A stretch of DNA of 64,000 nt from Candidatus Zixiibacteriota bacterium (lineage in GTDB: Bacteria > Zixibacteria > MSB-5A5 > GN15 > FEB-12): NCBI GenBank assembly GCA_041742355.1, contig JBGSIV010000157.1, positions 35,446-99,445 on the forward strand, given 5' to 3'. The notes beneath the pieces are model-generated. The model made no database searches. It worked only from the letters and a program-made list of their open reading frames with translations, and was not told the origin of the DNA. Made by a program: the position numbers and the translations under genes. Positions 57,259-64,000 of the stretch are shown here, one piece after another (position 1 is the stretch's first letter; each line of letters begins with the position of its first letter).

Positions 57259-58596
57259 TCACTCGGGAGTCCTCTCATTCACACCATATGGTTCGGCGGC
57301 CGGGGAGCCGTGGACGAAAATAATCACCTGAAAGGCTTCCTCGGTGCGACGGCCGGACATTGTGGCCGGAAGAAACGGTGATGCGACTGAGGCGGGCACT
57401 GCAACGGCGTCAGTCGGGGGGAGCAGAAAGAGGCTGGCGGGCCGTCCGGCGTTGAGCTCTCTTAGAATGCCGACCGCGAGAAGGGTGTCGCCATCCATGC
57501 CGCTGGAGAAATACCGGACAAGCTGGTAGTACTTCCGCGACAGCAGGGTGTCATCGGCCTGAGCGCCGGGGAACATCTGCATGCATTCGTCATAGACCGG
57601 ATAGAACGAAACGACGCCGTCGATTCGGCGGGTGTCGCCAGTCTGGCTCGTTGTATCGGGCGGCGCGGCAGTCGTTGAGACGTCTGAGATGCCGCAGTGG
57701 CGCGAGGATTCGGCGATCTCCCGCAGGATCGCCCCGAGGCGGGCGTCGCCGGGATCCTGAAATTGCACGATGTGGTAGCTGCCGAAGAGCCCGACCATCT
57801 TATCGGTCGTGATGCTGTAGTGGTCACGCCAGAAGTTGAGGTTGTCGAGCATGACCGAATCGCGGCGCTGATCCTGAAGGCCCGAAAGATGGAGGTCGTA
57901 GCGGGCGTGGACATTGCGCATGAGGTAGGCGGTTTCGGCGTAGCGGTCGGCGAGGGAGTGGCGATAGAGCGAGTCGTGCGCGGTGAAGTGCTCCCAGGCT
58001 TCGGTGAAGACGCGGATGATCTTTGCGGCGGAGTCCGTTTGGGGCTGGAGAGTGCGCAGGAGAATCCCCGCCGAGTCGGCCGGCGTGAAGAGGCTGTCGC
58101 ACAGCCAGGTGATCGCGCGACGATGGCCGAATTCGAGATCGAGGGGGAGGACGATCAGCCGCCGGTCCTCGGGTAGGGAGAGGTTCAGTGCCCGCAATTT
58201 TCCAAGAAATCCCGCCATGTCCTTGCTCCACGAAAACGTCTCGCGGTAGGGGGACAGAAAATGGTCGATGTACGTGGTGCCGCCGGTAGCTAAGTAGCGG
58301 TTGATAAAGTAGCCGTCGAGGTAAGCCAGTTCGAGGAGGAGGTACCGCACACCGGCGTGCCCTTGGAGGTATTCGATGAGGTCGTACTGGACACTGTAGG
58401 TGGCGGCGATACCGTGAGCCTCGCCGATGAGGAAGATCTGGTTGGCCAGCAGGCTGTCAGTGAGGACAGCCCCGGGGTTCTGGAGCGTGGAGTCCCAGAC
58501 AGCCTGGTGGTCGCGGAGGAATGGCTCGTAGTCGGCCGCGGCGGCGGTGGTTGCAGTGACCAGGAGGACGAAGGCGGCAGTCAGGTTCGGGAGCAT
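57259..58596 (-). CDS. Exported erythromycin-esterase-like protein
   Basis: Signal peptide; IFLIGEAHG, YLLLE, INRYL, RDSVM, FGSYH. Confidence 0.65.
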   Translation of the reverse strand: MLPNLTAAFVLLVTATTAAAADYEPFLRDHQAVWDSTLQNPGAVLTDSLLANQIFLIGEAHGIAATYSVQYDLIEYLQGHAGVRYLLLELAYLDGYFINRYLATGGTTYIDHFLSPYRETFSWSKDMAGFLGKLRALNLSLPEDRRLIVLPLDLEFGHRRAITWLCDSLFTPADSAGILLRTLQPQTDSAAKIIRVFTEAWEHFTAHDSLYRHSLADRYAETAYLMRNVHARYDLHLSGLQDQRRDSVMLDNLNFWRDHYSITTDKMVGLFGSYHIVQFQDPGDARLGAILREIAESSRHCGISDVSTTAAPPDTTSQTGDTRRIDGVVSFYPVYDECMQMFPGAQADDTLLSRKYYQLVRYFSSGMDGDTLLAVGILRELNAGRPASLFLLPPTDAVAVPASVASPFLPATMSGRRTEEAFQVIIFVHGSPAAEPYGVNERTPE

Positions 58597-58701
58597 AGGT
58601 AACCCTCGTATCAGTGGCTCCGGGTTTTTGCGCGTCGGCAGTTCGGACGGGGAGAAAATGCACATCAAGGCGGGCCGGAGTCAAGAAGGGAGTTGCGGAT
58701 G

Positions 58702-60003
58702 TTACCGCCGGCCCCCGGCCATTCTGGTCGCTTCGGGAAGCTTGCGCAGGCGGAGCATGCTGGCGATCCCGAAGATCGGGCCGAGGGCGAGGAGGGAGAG
58801 GGCGTAGTCCCAGCCGAGGAATTCGGCCAATGGCGGGATACCCTGAATGGTCAGCAGGGTCAGGAGGAAGCCGAGGCTGGTCTGGACCGTAAGGGCGGTG
58901 CCGACATAGCGGGGATCGGTCAACTCGCTGACAGCGGCGCTGTACTGGGCGCTGTCGGCAACGACAGCGAACCCCCAGACGAGACAGACGGTGGTGAGGA
59001 GGGCGGGGGAAGTCAGGAGGTGTCCGGCAACAAGAGCGCAGGTTCCCGAGACCGCGAGGCTGTAGACCGTGACCAGGGAGCGTCCGAGACGATCAGCCCA
59101 CAGGCCGGCCAGGACGCAGCCGAGGCCGCCGATCGCGACTACACCGAAGCCGCCCAGACGTGCCGACGCCGTACTCCAGCCGGCGGTGTGGTAAGATTCG
59201 AGCAGCAGGACGGGCACCCAGGTCCACATGGCGTAGATTTCCCACATGTGTCCGAGGTAGCCGAAATTGGCGAGACGGGTCGGTTCATGCGCGAAGAGCT
59301 GCCCGGCGAAGCGCCAGTTGAAAGGGGCCGGAGCGCCGAGGTAAGGGCCGGGGCGGAAGGCCAGGAGCACCAGGATTCCGGCGACTACGGCCTGGACTGA
59401 GGTAGCGAGCATGATGAGGCGCCAGGAAGGAAGGCCGCTGTCGCCGAAGAGGGTAAGCGCGGCGAAGAGGTGGGGACCGGCCGAACCGACCGTCAGGGCG
59501 CCGACGAGAATGCCGATCCCCAGCCCGCGGTCCTCCTTGCACCAGGTGGCGACCAGTTTCATGCCGGTGGGGTAGACGCCGGCCAGCAGCATGCCGGTGA
59601 GGAAGCGCAGGACCAGGGCAGGGAGAAAACCGGCCCCCAGGAGGGGGATGGCGGCGTTGGCGGCCGCGGCCAGGAGGGCGCTGACGCCGAAAACGATTCG
59701 GCTGGGAATACGGTCGGGAAGATTGAGCCCGGCGCTGAGCAGTGCGCCGACCACGAAGCCGAGCTGCACGCTCATGGTGATCCACGACCGCTGGAAAGTC
59801 GACAGGGCCCAGAGGTCGGTCAACTGAGGAACGACGGCCGAAGCGGAAAACCAGAGGGTCAGCGCCAGCAGTTCGGCGAGCGCGAGAAGAGTCAGCTGGC
59901 GCCACTTGTCAGGAATGAGGCCGGGGGAGGGGTTTTCGACAGTTGGAAGTCTGGCGGGAAGAGGGGCCCTTCGATGGGTCCGGTTGTGGCGGGGAAACTG
60001 CAT
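58702..60003 (-). CDS. MFS transporter
   Basis: About 12 TM segments; LRFLTGMLLAGVYPTGMKL, GYLGHMWEIYAMW, GLWADRLGR, VADSAQYSA; start approximate. Confidence 0.9.
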   Translation of the reverse strand: MQFPRHNRTHRRAPLPARLPTVENPSPGLIPDKWRQLTLLALAELLALTLWFSASAVVPQLTDLWALSTFQRSWITMSVQLGFVVGALLSAGLNLPDRIPSRIVFGVSALLAAAANAAIPLLGAGFLPALVLRFLTGMLLAGVYPTGMKLVATWCKEDRGLGIGILVGALTVGSAGPHLFAALTLFGDSGLPSWRLIMLATSVQAVVAGILVLLAFRPGPYLGAPAPFNWRFAGQLFAHEPTRLANFGYLGHMWEIYAMWTWVPVLLLESYHTAGWSTASARLGGFGVVAIGGLGCVLAGLWADRLGRSLVTVYSLAVSGTCALVAGHLLTSPALLTTVCLVWGFAVVADSAQYSAAVSELTDPRYVGTALTVQTSLGFLLTLLTIQGIPPLAEFLGWDYALSLLALGPIFGIASMLRLRKLPEATRMAGGRR

Positions 60004-60364
60004 ACTGTGGATACGCAGCCACGAGGAAAATCGGTGGATTCGACGGGAGGAGAAGTGCGGACTGGCGGCAAAAAGGGGTATCGGTGGCGAAAGAGGAGCA
60101 TTTCATCCATTGCAGGTGAAAAATTTCACTTGAAAGATCGAATAAGGATCGTTTTATTGGCCTGACCGGCTGAAAGAGCCAGGGCCACGTTGCGCCGCAT
60201 GCACGTGGCAGGATTGTTCGGCTCAGGTCTATGCCGGTCCGTCAGTAGGACCGCAAGAGATATTGATATCAAAAGTGCCTGTACCCGATCGAGCGGTGGC
60301 GTGCCGATGTCCGCGTCAACCTCTCGGGGGCCGGCTCCCTCGAAAACCCATCCAGGGAGGTTTC

Positions 60365-60646
60365 ATGCTTCACGAACCCGCACCTGAACTCGGCAAGGAC
60401 CATTCGATCGAGAAAAAGACCAAACTGGGGATCAGGATGTTTCTTGTCTATCTCCTGATCTATGCCGGCTTTGTCGTGATCGGCACCATTTGGCCGCGCC
60501 TGCTCGGGGCCGAGGCGCTATCCGGCCAGAACCTGGCCGTGGTGTACGGGATGGGACTGATCATCCTGGCCGCGGTCATGGGACTCTTCTACAACTACTT
60601 CTGCACCAAGTATGAGGATGAAATGAACAAAGAGGAGCGGCCATGA
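60365..60646 (+). CDS. DUF485 (YjcH-like) small membrane protein
   Basis: GGAGG RBS; two TM helices; ATGA overlap with actP. Confidence 0.85.
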   Translation: MLHEPAPELGKDHSIEKKTKLGIRMFLVYLLIYAGFVVIGTIWPRLLGAEALSGQNLAVVYGMGLIILAAVMGLFYNYFCTKYEDEMNKEERP

Positions 60647-62586
60647 TCTATTCGATATCAACCACGGCGATTGCCATCTTCGTGTTTTTCGTGCTGGCCG
60701 TTCTGGGACTATCTTTCTACTTCGCGCGAAAGGCGAAATCGGCGAGCGGTTACTACGCCGCCGGGGGGCAGATTCACTGGGCGGTGAACGGCATTGCGTT
60801 CGCCGGCGACTATCTGTCCGCAGCGTCCTTCCTCGGGATCTGCGGAATGATCGCGTTTTTCGGCTACGACGGATTCCTCTACTCGATCGGTTACCTCGCC
60901 GGCTGGGTGGTGGCGCTCTTTCTCGTGGCCGAGCCGCTGAAACGGCTGGGAAAGTACACGTTTGCGGACGCGCTCGACGTCCAATTCGACTCGCGGGGGA
61001 TCAAGCTGGCGGCGGCGATCAGCACGCTGGTGGTCTCGATCTCCTACCTGATTCCGCAGATGGTCGGCGCGGGCGCGCTCGTGACGCCGCTCCTGGGATT
61101 CCCACACTGGGTTGGTGTGGTGATGGTGGGATCGATCGTGATCTTCATCGTGGCCACCGCAGGGATGACGTCGACAACCTACGTGCAGTTTATCAAGGGA
61201 GGACTGCTCATTGTCTTCTCGATAGTGGTTGTCGTGCTGGTGCTGAACAAGGGGATCACGACGCAGCCCAGTGAGGACTACCATCAGTTCGTGGCGCTTC
61301 CGGCCGAGGTGGCCGACGGGCAGGTCACGGCGGTGAGCGATCCATCGTACACCGTGCAAGGGCAGGTACAATCTGGGGCGCAGACGTTCGTGAAGCTGGA
61401 GCAGGCCGGGCTGTCGACCTGGTGGAAATTGTCCGGGGATTCCTCGGCGCCGGTGCTTGAGGAAGCGCTCTCGATCGTGGCCGCGAAAAACGGCGAGATG
61501 CTCTACAACGGCGCACCGAAAGAGGACAAGCGGTTCTACTCGGTCGGACATGTCCGGGAGGTCCTTGTCGATGGCCAGCCGGTCGAGTCGACCGGACCCC
61601 TGACCCCGTTCGAGTTCACCGAAACCATCGAGTCGGCGACCGTGGTGCGGTTCGCCAAGGCGGTTCTGAAGGACGGCGACGACAAGGTCACGGTCTTCTA
61701 TCAGAATCCGACGCTCGGCAAGGATATCATGAAGCCGGGGCTGTACTACAAGCTCGACAAAGGCTCGACCTTCTGGTCGCGGCTGGATTTCATCTCGCTG
61801 ATGCTGGCGCTGTTTCTCGGGACCTCGGCGCTGCCGCACATCCTGATCCGGTACTACACCGTGCCGAGCCAGCGGGCGGCGCGCAAATCGACAATCGTCG
61901 CGATCATGGCGATCGGTCTGTTCTATGTCCTGACATTGTATATGGGAATCGGGGCGATGATCAACGGCGGGCTCGACGTGGAAAGCTCGAACATGTCGGC
62001 GCCGCTCCTGGCGAAGACGTTCGGGATCACGCTGTTTTCGATCATATCCGCAATCGCGTTTGCGACAATCCTCGGGACAGTCAGCGGGCTGATCGTGGCC
62101 GCCTCCGGGGCGGTGGCCCACGACCTGATGGACAAGTACGCTAAAGTCAAGATGACGGAGCGGATGAAGATCAACTACGGCCGGATGGCGGCGGTGGTGG
62201 TCGGGCTGATCGCGATCGTGCTGGGAATCATCTTCCAGAACCAGAACGTGAACTTCCTCGTCGGCCTGGCGTTCGCGATCGCGGCTTCGGCCAACCTCCC
62301 GGCGATTCTCATGCTCCTGTTCTGGAAGAAGACGACGGCCAAGGGGATCACCTGGGCGATCAGCGTGGGCATGCTGTCGTGCCTGGCGATCATCCTCTTT
62401 TCGCCGACCCTGTATGAAATCTACGGTCTTCCGCCAGGCGACGCTCCGATTCCGTTGCAGAACCCCGGGATTATCTCGATTCCGCTGGGCTTTCTGACGC
62501 TCGTGGCGGTGTCGCTGGTGACCAAGCGGAAACTCGTGCAGCAGAAAAAGGACCCTCAACCCCTTGTCGAAACAACGGCGGAGTGA
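60643..62586 (+). CDS. actP: Cation/acetate symporter (sodium:solute symporter family)
   Basis: NGIAFAGDYLSAASFLG, YLIPQMVGAG, LPHILIRYYTVP, AIAFATILGTVSGL, AFAIAASANLP. Confidence 0.92.
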   Translation: MIYSISTTAIAIFVFFVLAVLGLSFYFARKAKSASGYYAAGGQIHWAVNGIAFAGDYLSAASFLGICGMIAFFGYDGFLYSIGYLAGWVVALFLVAEPLKRLGKYTFADALDVQFDSRGIKLAAAISTLVVSISYLIPQMVGAGALVTPLLGFPHWVGVVMVGSIVIFIVATAGMTSTTYVQFIKGGLLIVFSIVVVVLVLNKGITTQPSEDYHQFVALPAEVADGQVTAVSDPSYTVQGQVQSGAQTFVKLEQAGLSTWWKLSGDSSAPVLEEALSIVAAKNGEMLYNGAPKEDKRFYSVGHVREVLVDGQPVESTGPLTPFEFTETIESATVVRFAKAVLKDGDDKVTVFYQNPTLGKDIMKPGLYYKLDKGSTFWSRLDFISLMLALFLGTSALPHILIRYYTVPSQRAARKSTIVAIMAIGLFYVLTLYMGIGAMINGGLDVESSNMSAPLLAKTFGITLFSIISAIAFATILGTVSGLIVAASGAVAHDLMDKYAKVKMTERMKINYGRMAAVVVGLIAIVLGIIFQNQNVNFLVGLAFAIAASANLPAILMLLFWKKTTAKGITWAISVGMLSCLAIILFSPTLYEIYGLPPGDAPIPLQNPGIISIPLGFLTLVAVSLVTKRKLVQQKKDPQPLVETTAE

Positions 62587-62589
62587 CAC

Positions 62590-63900
62590 ATGGCAAAGAA
62601 AGTAATCCTACTGGCGATAGTCCTGGCGCTGCCGCTCTGCGGCGTGTTCGGCCAGGACCTGGGAATCAAGTTGTCGGGCTTCGTAAAGAGTGACTTCTTC
62701 TACGATTCGCGGCAGACGGTGAGCATTCGGGAAGGTCATTTCCTCCTGTATCCGGCCGGCGTCAGCCTCGACGCCGAGGATGTCGATCTGAACGACCAGG
62801 GCAGTTTCAACTACCTGTCGATTCAAACCCGCCTGACGGGGGCGTTTACGGCCCCGGATGCGTTCAAGGCGAAGGTGAGCGGTTTGGTCGAGGCCGATTT
62901 CTTCGGCAACGAGAGCGCCGGGCTTGTCGACGCCAACGGGTTCCGGCTGCGGCACGCGTATGCCAAGCTGAGTTGGACAAACACGGAACTGCTGCTCGGG
63001 CAGTACTGGCATCCGTTCTTTGTACCGGGGTGCTACTCCGAAGTGATATCGTTCAATACCGGCGCGCCCATGCAGCCGTTCTCGCGCAATCCACAGGTGC
63101 GCCTGACGCAGAAGCTGGGGTCGGTTCGACTGATCGCGGCCGCGGCCTCACAGCGGGATTTCACGAGCGGTGGCGGATCGACGCCGCTGCGCAATTCTTC
63201 GATTCCCGATCTGAACGCGCAGGTGCACTTCAGCCGGCCGAGCGCCGACGGTAAGAGCGAGCTGTTCGTGGGCGGCGGCGGGGAGTTCAAGACACTCCTG
63301 CCGCAGATATCGACAACCGGAGAAGACGGCAAGTTCGAGACGAACGAACAGGTGTCGTCGCTGGCGGGCATGGCGTTCCTGAAGTACAAGACGCCGTCGA
63401 TCACGTTCAAGGTACAGGGTATCTACGGGCAGAACCTGTATGACCTGACGATGTTGGGCGGCTACGCGGTCAGCGAAGTGATCGACGCCGACCGGAACAC
63501 GGTCAAGTACACCACGGTGGATGCGTTCTCGGTGTGGTCCGAGGTCATGTATCAGCCAAGTCCACGGTGGCAGTATGCGGTGTGGGCCGGCTACACCGAG
63601 AACCTCGGCTCAGCGGACTCTATCCTCGCATACAGCAACAGGGTTGGAGGCACGGATGTGACGGTGCGCGGGTCGGCTGCCGATAACACGAGTGACATCA
63701 AGCGGGTCTTTCGCGTGTCGCCGCGGGTGGTCGCGATTGCGGGGAACCTGAGTTTCGCGCTCGAGACCGAGTATACCGACGCGGCGTACGCAGCCAAGGA
63801 CGACGAAGGCGCGTTGATCCGTGACGAGTTCGGCAAGATCACGAAGACCGAGAGCAGCGGCAACCTGCGGGTGCTGTTCTCGACGATTCTGAAGTTCTGA
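62590..63900 (+). CDS. Outer-membrane porin (DcaP-like)
   Basis: Signal peptide; LSGFVKSD, EADFFG, FRLRHAY, LLGQYW, RNPQVR; C-terminal Phe. Confidence 0.75.
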   Translation: MAKKVILLAIVLALPLCGVFGQDLGIKLSGFVKSDFFYDSRQTVSIREGHFLLYPAGVSLDAEDVDLNDQGSFNYLSIQTRLTGAFTAPDAFKAKVSGLVEADFFGNESAGLVDANGFRLRHAYAKLSWTNTELLLGQYWHPFFVPGCYSEVISFNTGAPMQPFSRNPQVRLTQKLGSVRLIAAAASQRDFTSGGGSTPLRNSSIPDLNAQVHFSRPSADGKSELFVGGGGEFKTLLPQISTTGEDGKFETNEQVSSLAGMAFLKYKTPSITFKVQGIYGQNLYDLTMLGGYAVSEVIDADRNTVKYTTVDAFSVWSEVMYQPSPRWQYAVWAGYTENLGSADSILAYSNRVGGTDVTVRGSAADNTSDIKRVFRVSPRVVAIAGNLSFALETEYTDAAYAAKDDEGALIRDEFGKITKTESSGNLRVLFSTILKF

Positions 63901-63951
63901 TAGCTCGGCCGCGTGGCGGTCGAGGCCGCGTCGTTGAGGCGACGCAACGCG

Positions 63952-64000
63952 ATGAGACTCGGCTTGCTGGGTGACATCCACGAGGATGTGCGGTCGCGGG
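63952..64000 (+). CDS. Metallophosphoesterase (partial, runs off the window end)
   Basis: MRLGLLGDIHED matches the N-terminal DxH motif of calcineurin-like phosphoesterases. Confidence 0.6.
   Translation, partial: MRLGLLGDIHEDVRSR

Noticed and set aside
60165..60360. Structured leader upstream of DUF485-actP as a possible riboswitch
   Set aside because: Only short GC-rich hairpins expected by chance; no recognisable aptamer or terminator

Overview
A GC-rich bacterial chromosomal window with about 45 supportable CDSs, one tRNA-Leu(GAG), no rRNA, no CRISPR array and no intact transposase or prophage. Four secreted proteins end in a Cys-flanked dockerin-like domain, which suggests an FCB-group organism such as a Zixibacterium (inference, not verified). 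Housekeeping content: gap-pgk-tpiA-secG-tRNA-Leu, pyk, NAD malic enzyme, a divergent GlpX-like FBPase and a DUF485-actP-porin acetate uptake operon. The strongest candidate for an undescribed system is at 1-5.8 kb: ECF sigma factor, soluble zinc-finger anti-sigma-like protein, TPR-CHAT protease with an intact His/Cys dyad, secreted S8 protease-dockerin and a lipoprotein. An exact bipartite motif (AGAACGGA-N14-CCTCTGCC) occurs twice in this locus and looks like the cognate ECF promoter. Other highlights are a 2033-aa sensor kinase (extracytoplasmic domain, 9 PAS, 1 GAF) paired with a sigma-54 activator and preceded by a candidate sRNA, an orphan phage-type lytic transglycosylase, and two inverted MITE/REP-like elements flanking a chimeric lipoprotein ORF that carries a diverged duplicate of another gene's promoter and start. 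All product calls come from motif recognition by eye; no database searches were run.
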